Shown here piece by piece: positions 1 through 13,261 of a stretch of 60,000 nt of DNA (its first letter is position 1; every line of letters starts with the position of its first letter). The notes below the pieces were generated by a model. It was not told where the DNA came from. It did no database searches and was given only the letters and a program-made list of their open reading frames with translations. Both the position numbers and the translations under genes were made by a program. The DNA is from Malacoraja senta (lineage: Eukaryota), in NCBI GenBank assembly GCA_038087875.1, contig CM075989.1, forward strand, positions 9,488,001 to 9,548,000, given 5' to 3'.

Positions 1-297
1 ACCTCTCACACTATCATCGACTTGTACTCTAATTGTGTTTTTGCACTGATGTCTTGTTTTTTCCAGTCTTTTTCTATTCATTGTCTTGTAGAATTTATAT
101 CTGATTTATGTTTTTGGGTATTGCCTGTGCCTTTGATGCTGCTGCAAGCAAGGTTTTCAATGCATCTGTAGCTCAACTGTACTTGCGCATGTTACAATAT
201 ACTGGATCGACTGTGAGTCCAGGCCCTGGGGAGGGGCACTGGTTGTGGGCTGAACAACCTTTTGATGATGGACCCTACTGTGGTGTCTTTCTTTACA

Positions 298-316
298 TGA
301 GCGCCACCTGGTGGGA
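298..316 (-). promoter_or_regulatory. CTCF motif candidate
   Basis: CCACCAGGTGGCGC on the minus strand. Confidence 0.65.
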
Positions 317-525
317 TGTCATCAGTTCCTCCGACTCTGCTCATTACCAGCACAAGTCTGCAGTTATTACAGATCTTGTTAAATCAAAATGTTGTTGGAT
401 TTTCCCCAGGCACCGCTCATTATTAGATTTGTTATTGGTTTCCCCCTGAGACCTACCCATATGTCTGCCTGTGTGTCTGTCTCTCTCCCTCTCTCTTTCT
501 CTCTCTCTCTCTCTTTCTCTCCTTA

Positions 526-1082
526 TCGCTTTACCTCCCCCCTTGACTCCATTCAAGGACCCAAGCTGTCTTTCCAGGTGCGGCAGAGGTTCCCCTGCAC
601 CTCCTCCAACCTCATCTATTGCATCCCCTGCTCTAGATGTCAGCTGCTCTACATCGGTGAGACCAAGCGCAGGCTTGGCGATCGCTTCGCCCAACACCTC
701 CGCTCAGTTCGCACTAACCAACCTGATCTCCCAGTGGCTCAGCACTTCAACTCCCCCTCCCATTCCGAATCCGACCTGGGCCTCCTCCATGGCCAGAGTG
801 AGGACCACTGTAAAGTGGAGGAGCAGCATCTCATATTTCGCTTGGGCAGTTTGCACCCCAGCGGTATGAACATTGACTTCTCCAATTTCAGGTAGTCTTT
901 ACTTTCTCCTCCCTTCTCAGCTCTCCCTGAGCCCACTGTCTCCACCTCTTCCTTTCTTCTTCCCGCCCGCCCCCACCCTCACATCAGTCTGAAGATGGGT
1001 CTCGACCCGAACTTTGCTATTTCCTTCGCTCCATAGACGCTGCCTCACCTGCTGATTTCTCCAGCATTTTGTCTACCTTTGT
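526..1082 (+). mobile_element. Penelope-like element 3' fragment (GIY-YIG endonuclease and tail)
   Basis: Peptide CTSSNLIYCIPCSRCQLLYIGETKRRLGDRFAQH..EQHLIFRLGSLHPSGMN. Tail shared with the other copies. Confidence 0.9.
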
Positions 1083-2357
1083 CTGTCTTGGTGAGGTTAG
1101 AGGCAGCATGTGCTGAGTCACGCAGATGCCAGCTCCAATTCCCAGTCTGTGCAGAGTGAGCTGGTCACTATAGACCAAAACTAAACTGCAATCCCCATCA
1201 ACTAGCGGCAGGGGAAAAGAAAATAATAGAATGCCAATAAAAACTGCTGATAATATTCAAGACTATTTGAAATCCAAAGGTCAACATTTTCTAAACAATA
1301 TCCTGGGCCTCTTCCCGCCCCTCCCCGCAATCTGTCTGTGGGGTCGCAACCCGAAACATCACCTTTCCATGTTCTCCAGGGATGCTGCCTGACCCGTTGA
1401 GTTACTCCAGCATTTTGAGTCTCCTTTTGAAAACCAGCATCTGCAGTTCCGCGTCTCTGCATTCTGTAAACGATACTTTCTGAAATCTGAAAGAAAATTT
1501 GGTTTGCAGTAAATTACTGGGTGAAATATGTAACAGGGGAAATTTCCAGTCCACATGCAGGTATCTCTGGGTACAGAATGATACATTACCATAGTCGTGG
1601 ATTAGCAAGCCATTAAAACTCGCGGTTCATGCAACAAAGTCTCATATTTGGAGGGTATTTTACAGCAAGCAGAACATCTGAAATTCTCATCAGTTTCCTG
1701 ACTTTCCAGGATACATTGCTGAAGCTGAGAATCCACAGAGGATCTGGGAAACACAGCAACATCTGGATCTCCATGTGTAATTGCACATCTGTGTACTCAG
1801 AGGTTTGCTGTCAGTTCCATGGTGTGATGAGAGTTTCACCACCATTACAACCACAGATTCAAGGCCATTAAACTACCAATAAGCCCACAAAAATGTTGAT
1901 GAAAGAATCGGGCCTTATCCCCAGAGAGTGAGTATTGAAAAACAACGTTCCTTGTAAAGAATTTTGGGTTAGACCACACTTTAGGTACTACGAATAGTTT
2001 GAGAAAAAAGAGCAGAGGACAATAGAGCCTATGAACAGGCTCTTCATCCACAACGTCTGAACATACAACATAGAACATAGAACATAGGCAGAGGAACGGG
2101 CCCTTCGGCCCATAATGTTTGTGCCGAACATGATGCCTAGTGAAACTGATCTCATATGCATGTGCGTGATCCATTTCTTCTATTCCCTACACTGCCATGT
2201 ACCTTTCTAAAAAGCCTCTTAAACACCACTATCGTATCTGCCTCCACCACCAACCTTGGCTGTGTGTTCCTGGTCCACGCTACTCTCTGTGTAGAAACAC
2301 CGCACTTCCCCATTCAACTTTCCCCTTCTCAACTTATAGCTATGCCCTCTAGTGTTA

Positions 2358-2780
2358 AGCCCCTGTCCCACTTCACGACCTAATTGGCGACCTCTGCAGA
2401 GTTTGCCCCTTGACTCATACTCGCAGCGTGAGTGGTCTCCGCGTACTCGTGGCCTCAAGTAGGTCGCAGCGTTTTTTCCAGCCTGATAAAAAAATGTTCA
2501 CGAGTAAAGAAATGGTCGGTATGGAAAAAATGTATACTTTTTACTTGTAGGTAGGTCGTAGGTAGGTAATAGTGGGTCGTGATGATAGTCGTAGGTAGTC
2601 GTAGTTGGTCTTAGGTGTGGAAGACTGAGGTCAAGGGGTCGTAGGAGGTCGTAGACATAGTCGTAGGAGGTCGTAGGAGGTCTTTTACTTCAGCGAGTCA
2701 ACACAATCTTTACATTTTTTTCAACTCGTCTAGGGTCGTCTAAACTCGTGGATTAGGTCGTCCAAGTGGGACAGGGCCCT
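2358..2780. mobile_element. PIF/Harbinger-type MITE inserted in a CR1-like remnant
   Basis: TIRs agcccctgtcccact.../...agtgggacagggccct, TSD TTA on both sides, internal gtcgtagg subrepeats. Confidence 0.85.
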
Positions 2781-3115
2781 TTAGACATTTCCACCTTGGG
2801 TGGGGGAGGGGGGGAAGGTTCTGACTATTTATCCTATCTATGTCTCTGCTGTTAACTTGGTGGTTAAAGGTTGTTGAGTGAATGCTAAAGGGGGAGAAAT
2901 AAATAACGGAGATTGTAACAGGATGTAGAATTTGGAAGTATCAGGAAAAACTGCACAACTTTGCAGGCTTTCCTCTATCTAGAAAAGAGACATGATTAAT
3001 TGGAGGTCTTAAAAGGGTTTTGATACGGTAAATAACCAAAATCATAATGAATGATAGTCACTAGCAAATCAAAGGGAACTCAATTGCATCTTCTGTACTT
3101 TGGTTAAGATGATAA

Positions 3116-3422
3116 TTTAGTTTAGTCTAGAGATACAGGGCGCAAACAGGCCCTTCGGCCCACCAAGTCTACGCCGACCAGTGATCCCCGCACGCTAACA
3201 CTATCCTATACACACTAGGGACAATATACAATTTTACCAAGGCAATTAACCTACAAACCTATGCATCTGGAATTTGGGATGAAATCGGAGCACTGGAGAA
3301 AACACACGCAGGTCACGGGGAGAACGCACAAATTCCGCACCGTCAGCACCCATAGTCAGGATCGAACCTGGGTCTCTGGCGCTGTAAGGCAGTAGGTCTA
3401 CCTCTACGCCACCGTACCGCCC
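3116..3422 (-). mobile_element. tRNA-derived SINE (V-SINE/HE1-like), full length
   Basis: A-box TGGCGTAGAGG, B-box GGTTCGATCC, central GTTCTCCCCGTGACCTGCGTG domain, (CTAAA)n tail. Confidence 0.85.
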
Positions 3423-5224
3423 TGGCACTCACCACCAGGTCATTGAAGTTGCTGCAATTTCAGGTTCCAGCATTGATGTCAGCAACTGCAGGAAGGTTGT
3501 TTTTCATTGGCAAGGCCACCATTCATTGCCAGATAACTACGTGACGTGCTGGGTCAGCTTCAAGAGTAATTAGGGGATGACTGCGTCACTCTGGACCTGC
3601 CAGGGTGGATGATGACGGTAGATTTCTTCCCCCGAGGACGACAGTGAAACAGATGAGTATTTAATCAACAATCAAGCAGCTTCATGGTCACCATTAGTTG
3701 AAATGGCTTTTTAAGTTCCTGATTCGAACAACTGAATTTAAATTCACCAGCAGTCGCAAGCAATTTCCAACCCATTACACCACAACCTCGGTCCAGGCCA
3801 GTGCATTGAGGTCCAATGACAGAACTGTGAAATGAGACAAACAGAACATGCTGTTTGAGTACACAGCATGTCCGGCTGCATCTGCGGGAAGAGAGTCAGA
3901 GTCAATGTTTCAGATCGAAGACCCTTCCTCGAGACCTGTTGTGTATTCCAGCATTTCAGAGCATAGAACATGGAAGAGTAGAGCACAGGAACAGGTCCTT
4001 TATCCCACAAGGTCCGTGCCAATATGATGCCAAGTTAAATTAATCTCCTTTACCTGCAGGTGATCTATATCCCTCCATATCCATGTGCCTAAAAGCCTCT
4101 TAAACACCACTCAGCCTCCACACCACCCCTGGCAACGTGTTCCAGGCACCCACCAGTCTCTGTGTAAAAAGATTTTCCCGCGCACTTCTGTCCCTCTGCC
4201 CTCTAGTCTATGACATTTCCAGCTTGGGGAAAAAGGACTCTGACTGTCTATTCTATCTATTGATTTATTCACTTCTATCAGGTCTCTCCTCAACCACCAA
4301 CATACCAGAAAAAACAATCAAAGTTTGTTCAACCTCTCCTTATAGCTAATTTCAGATTTTATGTTAGATTTTCATCATCAGCAGTTTTTTTTAAATCTTC
4401 ACACTACATAACCATTATGCTACCATCATTAACAATGCTTAAGTCTGGCAGTTGGGTCAACAGAATGGTGCAGATAGTATTGCTGCTTCACAGCTCCAGA
4501 GATCCAGGTTCAATGCTGATCTCCAGTGCTGTCTACGTGGAGTTTGCATGTTCACCCAGTCACCACGTGGATTTCCCTGGGCCCTTCGGTTTCCTCCCAT
4601 GTCCCAATGGAGCGCAGGTTAGTAGCTTAATTGGCTGACGTTAATTGGTCCAAGTACGTAGGTGATTGGGAAAATCAGAGAGGCATTGATGGGAATGTAG
4701 GGAGAAATAAAATGGGAATTATGTAGGAATGGGTGCCTGATATTTAATGTGGACTCTGTTGGCCAAAGCATCCGTTTCCAGCACCAATAATTAGTTTGTT
4801 TACCGTGTACACAATAAGCTGCATCCAAGATGCTCCACAGGGTTTAAATCAAACAAAGTTTGGCAAGGGTACAGGAGGAAACATTGGCACCGCTGTTGGC
4901 AGGGAATGAAACTTATGGGATGCCAATGTAACTGTCCTTGGGTTCAAACAATGGGTAATACTGATCAAGTAAGGTGAAGTGGCAGGGAGAGGCTGCTGGT
5001 GGGAGGTGTAAACAAAAGCTCAGGCCATTCCGGCTGAAAGCTGTTTCTGAGCTGTACAGTCCGTATAATTCAACAGGTAAACTTGTAAACAAATCACATT
5101 TCATTACTCTTCTTATGAAAGATGAGAAGATAAGAATGAGGAAGACGAGCATGCCTTCTGGCCCTTTCAACCTGCTCCGCCATCCATCTTTGACCTCTGC
5201 ACCATTTTCCTACACTACCTTCAT

Positions 5225-5350
5225 CTGCAGTCTGAAGAAGGGTCTCGACCCGAAACGTCATCCATTCCTTCTCTCCAGAGATGCTGCCTGTCCCGCTGAG
5301 TTGCTCCAGCTTTTTGTGTTTGTCTTCGGTACAAGCAGTTCCTTCCTACA
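5225..5350 (+). repeat. Penelope-derived short tail repeat with a hammerhead-like core
   Basis: CTGAAGA-A-GGGTCTCGACCC-GAAACGTC at 5232-5259, followed by ...gatgctgcctgtcccgctgagttgctccagc. Confidence 0.8.
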
Positions 5351-5496
5351 CATTTCGAAAGCTACCAGTCTCAGCTCTGAAATAATTCAATGAAAGAGCC
5401 TTTGACGTTCTCCAGGAGGGAAGATTCCAATAATTAACTTTGTTCAAGTGAAAACATTCCCCTCATTTCAGACCTATATGGCTTCTCCTTAGTTTG

Positions 5497-5807
5497 AAGG
5501 GGACACAGTTTAAGGATAAGGGGGAAGTCTTTTAGGACCGAGATGAGAAAATCATTTTTCACACAGAGAGTGGTGAATCTGTGGAATTCTCTGCCACAGA
5601 AGGTAGTTGAGGCCAGTTCATTGGCTATATTTAAGAGGGAGTTAGATGTGGTCCTTGTGGCTAAAGGGATCAGGGGGTATGGAGAGAAGGCAGGTACAGG
5701 ATACTGAGTTGGATGATCAGCCATGATCATATTGAATGGCGGTGCAGGCTCGAAGGGCCGAATGGCCTACTCCTGCACCTATTTTCTATGTTTCTATGTT
5801 TCTATGT
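5497..5807 (+). mobile_element. CR1 3' end, same young family as 31683-32756
   Basis: Near-identical 3' sequence and (TTTCTATG)n tail. Confidence 0.9.
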
Positions 5808-5879
5808 TGCCAGTGAGCCCTGGTTCTAAACTGTTGAGCCAGTGAAAGACCCTCGCGGTCAGTTGAGATTGCAAGAATA

Positions 5880-6580
5880 TTTAATTGCCTGAACTCACCA
5901 CCAAGCACCAAGACCTGGCTTGCCTGGCAGTGAGAAGGGTCTTCCTAGTCAGATTCTTCATGTACTGTCAGAATCTTATTACCAATGCACACTACCCTCA
6001 AGATGGCTGTCACAGAGAGGAGTCTTTGCAGTGTGTATTTGTGAAGAGGGTTTGGAGAATGATGCAAGTGACCTTGTCACAATCCATCCTGAACAGCTCC
6101 TCAACAGAGGACTATCTGATCCGTAGGGCAATCCTAGACAGACATCGGTTCTTCGGGAAGATCATCAACTCGGTGAAAGATGCTCTCTTTGGTCTGCACG
6201 AAATCTGTTGGCCTCCCAGCACAGTGAATGTCTGTCAGGGAATGTTGCCGACTGGCCCATTCCAGACTGCAGGAGTACGTGCTGAGGGGCTCACTGAAGC
6301 TTGGTGTAGCCATTGCCAAGGCTCTGTGTGGGAAGACCAGTGTCTAGGGTGCCCCTGCTGCTGACCATCAAGGGGACACCTCTCAAGGAAGGTATATCAC
6401 CCCAGGGAACCATGCGGGTGGCAAGGTGTTTAGTTTTGTTTAAAGATAAGTGCAAACAGAGTCTAACACTATTGAATGTATAGATGGTGAGAATGTCTGA
6501 GGAGTTTTTGCACAATTTTTGTTTTGTGTACATTTTTTATCCTGAAAAATGTTTACCTTTGGGGAAAAAATGTCTTCAAT
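5880..6580 (+). mobile_element. Tx1/L1-clade LINE 3' fragment (degenerate C-terminal zinc-binding region)
   Basis: Peptide ELTTKHQDLACLAVRRVF..YPQDGCHREESLQCVFVKRVW..INSVKDAL, followed by a T-rich 3' UTR. Confidence 0.6.
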
Positions 6581-7194
6581 GAGGCCACCTCTCATTCTTC
6601 TACACTGGAGAATACTCAAATCGCTGTTCAAAAAGCAAGCCATTCCAAGAAATGGTCGTGGGGAATACCTCACATGAATTAGGCAAGACAAGATTCCAAA
6701 CACACAGTTTCTGTCCCAGGCAAACCTGCTCATCATCAAAACATCGCTGAAAGAATCGCAGGCTAGGTTTAGTTCAGTTTAGAGATGCAGCATGGAAACT
6801 GGCCCTTGGACCCACCGAATCCACACCAACCAGCGGTCATCCTTACACTAGTTCTAGCCTCCACACTAGGGATAATGTACAGAAGTCAAACACATTGTGT
6901 CACCAGAAACTAGATATCGTAGTCCTACTCAAGAATAGGTGACAAACAACAACAGAGGCCAAAACTGTACACACAATAGTCTCACCAAAGCCCTATAGAA
7001 ATCCAGTGAGATGTCTTTACTCCTATGCTCAAAGCCTCTCATATTCAAGACCAAAATACCACTTGCCGTGCCGATTATCTGCCGCATCTGTATTTTAGTT
7101 TGTGAGCAAGGACACCCGGGGCCTTTGCACATCAACATCATTATTCTGACATCCAGTAAAAACACTCATGTTTCGTACATTCTCTTCTTCTTTA

Positions 7195-7475
7195 GACTTT
7201 AGAAATACAGTGCGGAAACAGGCCCTTCGGCCCACCGAGTCCGTGATCATCCACTAGCACTATCCTACGCAACTATGGATAATTTACAAATTTACCAAAG
7301 CCAATTAACCTACAAACCCGCACGTCTTTGGAGTGTGTGAGGAAACCGGAGCACCCGGAGAAAACCCACGTGGTCATAGGGAGAACGTACTAACTCTGTG
7401 CAGACGGTCAGGATGGAACCGGGGTCTCTGGAGCTGTAAGGCTGCAACTCTACCGCCGCGTTACTGTGCCGTCCC
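7195..7475 (-). mobile_element. tRNA-derived SINE, same family
   Basis: Aligns with 3116-3422. Confidence 0.8.
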
Positions 7476-8024
7476 AAAAGGTGTTTCATAAGTTCTTCTG
7501 GTGATCAGTGTTAATACATTTCTTTGTGATTCAGCAGCAATAGTCACTTCACCTACTCCCACATTATACACAATAAACCACAATTAATCCTTCTTAGCAA
7601 TAAAGAAATCTTACTCTGTTGATCAATCCAAATAAAGTTGAAGTTTGGCAAACCACTGTTTTAAATTAACAAAATTGGTTTGTTACAGGTGTCCCCAACA
7701 TCACCTATTTAAAATAGCCAGATCCCTACTGATGGTGCTCGACATGCTGAGTTCCTTCAGGAGATTGCTTGTTGCTCCAGATTCCAGCATCTACAGTCTA
7801 TTGTCTCTCACCTACTAAAATATCTGTGAAAACAAGGAATTGCAGATGCTGGTTTACAAAAAGAGGCACAAAGTGCTGGAGTAACTCAGCGGCTCTGGCA
7901 GCATCCCTGGGGAATGAATGAATGAATCCAGGGATGCTGCATAACCTGCTGAGTAACTCCAGCAGTTTGTGTCCTAATGAAAATATCTGCTCAACTTTGA
8001 GCCTGAGTTTGGCACTTTCTTCCC

Positions 8025-8043
8025 TGTCCACTAGGTGGTGGTA
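8025..8043 (+). promoter_or_regulatory. CTCF motif candidate
   Basis: TGTCCACTAGGTGGTGGTA. Confidence 0.45.
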
Positions 8044-8320
8044 TTGCACAGGGAGAGCGCCCTTCCAATTTGATCATATCTGGGCACCAGACCAAAACTT
8101 CTCCTCTTAATCACTTCCCCTAACTTAATCACTTAGCCATTAACAAAGGTTCTTACTGTCAATTTTCATCAATGTGCATTCTGTTCAAAGGAATGTAACA
8201 ATCACTTTCTTTGCATTGGAGATAAACAGGAGTAATTTTCATTTACATAGCACATTTAATGGAGTTTCACAGGAGCATTATCAAGCAACTATTGATGCCG
8301 AACCACAAAGGAATGAATTA

Positions 8321-8916
8321 AGGGCCTGTCCCACTTAGCCGTCATTTACGCGACAGGCCGGTAGTGACTGACGCGCGACGGTCACGCGACGGTCACGCGA
8401 AGGTCGCGTGCGTCATCATGCGTCCGCACAGCCGTCTGTAGCGCGTGACGTCATTTGAAGATAGACACAAAATGCAGGAGTAACTCAGCGGGACCGGCAC
8501 CATCTCTGGAGAGAAGCAATGGATGATGTTTCGGGTCGAGACACTTCTTCAGTCTGAAGAAGGGTCTCGACCCGAAACGTCACCCATTGCCAATCGTCTT
8601 GGCCCCGCTCTGGGTGTAGGAGTGGGGGCGGATCCGGATCCGCAATGGCCGTGAGCCCCTGGCCGAGCTCGGCGATCGTTTGCCTGCTTCTGCTGCTGTT
8701 GGAGGTGAGACGTTGCGCCGCGCCAGGGTCTTGGGCCTGTCCCACCTTGGCCGTCTGTTACGCGACAGGCCGGTGGCGTGCGAAGATTTTGTGCAGGACG
8801 AAGTCCACACTCCTCCACGCCACTCCATGCGCCCGTCCCGCGCTACCCACACGCTACCCACACGCTACCAGGTCGCATAAATGGCGCGCAAATGACGCCC
8901 AAGTGGGACAGGCCCT
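8321..8916. mobile_element. Composite PIF/Harbinger-type MITE carrying Penelope-tail cargo
   Basis: TIRs agggcctgtcccactt / aagtgggacaggccct, TSD TTA, internal TIR copy at ~8733, PLE tail at 8462-8590. Confidence 0.85.
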
Positions 8917-9519
8917 TTAGTGTTGATGACCAGAAGAACTTCAATTTGGCACTCGGTAGCTGAAGGCACTGCAGACAATGGTGGGATTGATCTAAATCAG
9001 ACATAGAGCTATACAGCATGGAAACAGGCCCTTTGGCCCACCAAGTCCATGCCGGCCATCGAGCATACACTATTCCCATGTTAATCCCGTTTTATTCTCC
9101 CCACATTTCCATCAAACGGCCCCATCTCCCAACTTACACACTTGGGGCAATTTACAGTGGACCGTTTACACATCGATCTGCACTGCTGTGGGATAAGTGA
9201 GAAGCTGCTGGAGGTTCTCAGGATTGATAATCTTGACTTTCACTGGAACAGAAGAATTGGCAGCAGGGTAGGCCATTCGACCCCCCTCCATCCTGCTGTA
9301 CTATTCAACAAGATCATGGCTGATCTCATAGCCATTTTATCAGCCCTATCCCAACATCCCTTGATTCTTCTGATAAGCAAAGATCAACTGCTGCCTGCAT
9401 TATAAGAAATTAATGACTGATGCTCCATAACCTTCTGGCGTGGAGAATTCCAAGATTCACCTGCAAGCTGCTCACCACCATTTTCTCAATGGGAATTCTC
9501 CAGGACCACCCATATTGAA

Positions 9520-10520
9520 GCAACGACCAAGAAAGCACACCGACGCCTCTGTTTAGAAAGTTCCGGATGTCCCCAACAACTCTCACCAACTTCTACAGAT
9601 GCGCCGTGGAAAGCATTTTATCAAGACGCATCATAGTTTGGTTTGGGAACAGCTCCGTCCAAGACCGCAAGAAATTGCAGCGAATTGCGGATGCTGCCCA
9701 GACCATCACACAAACCAACATTGACTTAATTTACACCTCATGCTGCTTGGCAAGGCCAGCAGCATAACCAAGGAAGAGTCACACCCTGGCCGCTCCCTCT
9801 TCTCCCCTCTCTCTATGGGTAAAAGGTATAGAAGTGTGAAAACACACACACCTCCAGATTCAGGGACAGTTTCTTTCCAGCTGTTATCAGCAACTGAACC
9901 ATACCTACCGCAACCAGAGAGCAGCCCCCAACTACTATCTACTTCATTGGTGACCCTCGGATTATCTATGATCGGACTTTACTGGCTTTAAGGGACTGTC
10001 CCACTGCGGCGACCTAATTGGCGAGTTTAGAAGAGTTTAGGAGAGTTTGTCATGTTGAAGACCTCCTTCGACCTCCTTCGACTATGTTGAAGACTATCTA
10101 CGACTACCTTCGATTACCTTCGACTACCCTCAATTACCTACGAATAACATGCCGACCTACTACGACCTACTTCGACTAAACCTATGAGTAAACCAACGAG
10201 TAAAAAAGTATCGATTTTTTCCATGGCGACCTTTTTTTACTCGCGGGCATTTTTCAACATGTTGAAAAATACGCCCGACCTAGCTGAGGCCTCGGGTACG
10301 CGGGGGACTACTCTCGAGCATGAAGGAGAGTTACAAAGACCTCCTAGGACCTCGTGTCGACCATGCTGCGAGTATGAGTCGAGGGCAAACTCGCCAGAAC
10401 TCGCGGATTAGGTCGCCACAGTGGGACAGCCCCTTTACCTTGCACTAAACGTTATTCCCTTATCATGTATCCGTACACTGTGAATGGCTCGATTGTAATC
10501 ATGTATTGTCGTTCCGCTGA
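9520..10520 (+). mobile_element. Rex/Babar-type LINE 3' fragment interrupted by a MITE
   Basis: Peptide TLTNFYRCAVESILSRRIIVWFGNSSVQDRKKLQRI and SHPGRSLFSPL..KRYRSVKT. Confidence 0.8.
9991..10434. mobile_element. PIF/Harbinger-type MITE inserted in a Rex/Babar 3' UTR
   Basis: TIRs agggactgtcccactg / cagtgggacagcccct, TSD TTA. Confidence 0.88.
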
Positions 10521-10959
10521 TTGCGATTCACAGATTCCCAGAAGCAATACATTTAAAAATACACATCTAAAGTTTAGATTCCCTCAGAGACCCTGAAATG
10601 CTGGTGGGTCACACGGAAGCTTTGCCCAGTCGGATAGCATCCACTGGCAACATGGCAAGTTGTACCCAAGAAAAGATCCACAGTCCATGACCAGGAATCA
10701 ATTAATGGCTGGTGACAGTAGTCAGTCCTCCTGCCACAGTACCTCCTCTGTCTTATCCTAGCATTGCAGCTTCAGCCATGACAGGGTGATGGTGGCTTGA
10801 GAAGATCACCAAAGGAAAGCAGGCTTGGGGTTGGAACGAACATTTGTGTCCGACCTGCCTACTGCACTCTTCCTCTGACTGCGAGGCGCTGGGACATGGT
10901 TCAACACAGGGATTCATGGCAGGCACTAGTTGCATGGCAAGGTTAATGGGTAGGGACTG

Positions 10960-11750
10960 GTCGGATGGAATAGTACGGAAAAATACAAGGTCGTCCCACT
11001 TGTAGAAAAAAATAAAAAGGCGGAGTATTTTCTAAATGGTGAGAATTGAAAGGTGTTGGTGTGCAGATGAGCCTGGGTGTCCTTGTACACAAATCACTGA
11101 CAGTCATATGGTGTAGAATACACCCATTAGTCTAACATGCCAATTAAGAAAGCAATTGGTATGTTATTGCAAGAGGACTTGGGTGCTAAAGTAGAGATAT
11201 CATGTTCCAAATGCAGAGATCCATGATGAGCCCACACTTGGAATATTGTTTCCCGGTCTGACCTCCCTACAGAAGGAAGGATATACTTGTGATGGAGAGT
11301 TGGCAGCAAAGATTCACCACGTAAATTTGTGCAATGGGGGGTGGAGAGGGGCGGGGGGTGGGTGGTTGTCATAGGAGGACAAATTTAGCTAATTGGCCCT
11401 GTACTCCCTGGAGTTAAGAATGAGGGGCAGTCTCATTGAAAATTCTCACAGGAGTTGACAGTCATGGCTGCCCCTGCCTTGGGTGTTTAGAACCGGGCAT
11501 CACTGTCTCAGTTAATGTCAGCCATTCAGGACAGGTGAGAAGAATCCTCTTCACCCAGAATGTACCCAAGACCACAGTGGAGCCAGAGTCACTTAATATA
11601 CTGAAGACAGAGATGTCAATGTTAAGGGAATCAAGGGAGTGGAGTTAATGCAGAAACGTGTTGCCCAAGGTGAACACAACTTTACTGAATAGCAGAGCAG
11701 GCATGCTGGATCTAATGGCCAACTCCTACTTCTCTGTCCCATGTTCTTAC
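10960..11750 (+). mobile_element. Old, degraded CR1-like LINE 3' portion
   Basis: Degenerate match to the 32000-32750 copy (gagcctgggtgtccttgtac, aagaaagcaattggtatgtt, ccaactcctact). Confidence 0.6.
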
Positions 11751-12517
11751 AAAGATGATCTGCACTGTTGTATTAAACACTTGCGATTATTTAATCACAG
11801 CGCACTGATGTTTCTGCTGAAGCTGCAAAGTTGAAGGCACTGTCTAGTCTCCAACAGGAAGCACCTTGTGTTTGATGCAAGATTTCAGTGTCTGCAGTTT
11901 CTTGAGCCTCCAGGAACCACCATTCTGTTCTGTGCCTTGACCTTCGCTCTATTTTGTTCAGGTGACGCTGGCTTTTGGTCATGAACAAGATAAACCAGTG
12001 GGCATTCCGCTTTAGTCTCTGTCCAACCATTATGATATTTGGTCAATTCCCAGCATGGAGTTTGAGTTTAGTTTATTGTCACATGTACCAAGGTACAGTG
12101 GAAAGCTTTTGTGTGCTAACCAGTGGCCAGGGCAAGTGGCCAGGGTGAGATTTGTCCTTAATTATGCTCGTGGCCTTGTCAAAGCAGCTTGAGGTGTAAA
12201 TGGAGTCAATTGAAGGGAGGTTGGTTTGTGCGATGGTCTGGGCTGCAATGCTCATGCTGGTGGCAAGAATGCTAATCGTAGATAGGAAACTCCATCAACT
12301 TGAAATAGTCACCCAGCTCTGGAGCATTGTCATAGAGGGTGCACACCAGCCCAGGGAAAGTCACAGCCTTGTAGGGGGAATGGAAGAAGAGATGTTGTTG
12401 GCAACTTTCACATCAAAAGCCAGCAAGAGTTATTGGATCCAGGAAATGAGGAGAGAAATTGGGGCACGATAAGGGGACACAAAGTTTGTAAAAAGTTTTT
12501 AAAAAGTAATACTGTCA

Positions 12518-12849
12518 AGGGCCTGTCCCACGGTACAAGGTAATTCAAGAGTTCTCCCGAGTCTCCCCTGATTCGAGCTTGTGTAATGTACGTAGCGGGT
12601 ACGTAGGGGCTCGTATGAGTAAAAAGTAACCATTTTTTTCATCACGAGTATTTTTTTACTCGTGGACATTTTTCAGTGTTGAAAAAAAGTCACGAGTTTA
12701 CCGGATTTCCCGAGTACCCACCATTACTCGTACGAGCCGCTACGTGACATCCACGAGCTCCTACGTACCCGCTACGTACATTACACAAGCTCGAATCAGG
12801 GAGAACTCGGGAGAACTCTTGAATTACCTCGTACAGTGGGACAGGCCCT
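12518..12849. mobile_element. PIF/Harbinger-type MITE with ~95-bp near-perfect TIRs
   Basis: Same terminal motif agggcctgtcccac, TSD TCA on both sides. Confidence 0.88.
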
Positions 12850-13261
12850 TCAAGATATTACGGTAATCTTAACAGTAATGTTAAGTGATTCTTCAACATC
12901 ATGGTGTGTGTGTTGAAATCTCATAGAAATGGACAGCCCACGGCTGAAGCATCCCCCAGTGTGAGATCCGATAAAGGTTAATTTTCTTCTTCTTGTTTTA
13001 TTGTTTTTATTTATTTCTAATTCTCTGCCCTCATCTCCTGAAGACTTGGAGGGCTCTGGCAGCCCAGACATTGCTCCCACGAACCACTTTAAATATATCA
13101 CTCAATTAGCCATTCTTCATCACAAGGTAAAGACAAGCAATCACAAGTGAAGCCCTTCTTCTGCAAGAGCTACCACAGTTAGTGCCATTAATGAATGACC
13201 GGGGCAAAAGGCAGGCTCCATAAGTGAACATGTACCCAAGGAGGAGGGGGGGGGGGGGGGG

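Noticed and set aside
2540..2690. Short regularly spaced repeats (gtcgtagg / gtcgaagg; also ~10070-10180 and ~21860-22070) as a CRISPR-like array
   Set aside because: Internal subrepeats of MITEs in a vertebrate genome, with no unique spacers or cas genes.
3340..3422. tRNA gene-like A and B boxes
   Set aside because: Head of a multi-copy SINE, with no complete cloverleaf or terminator.
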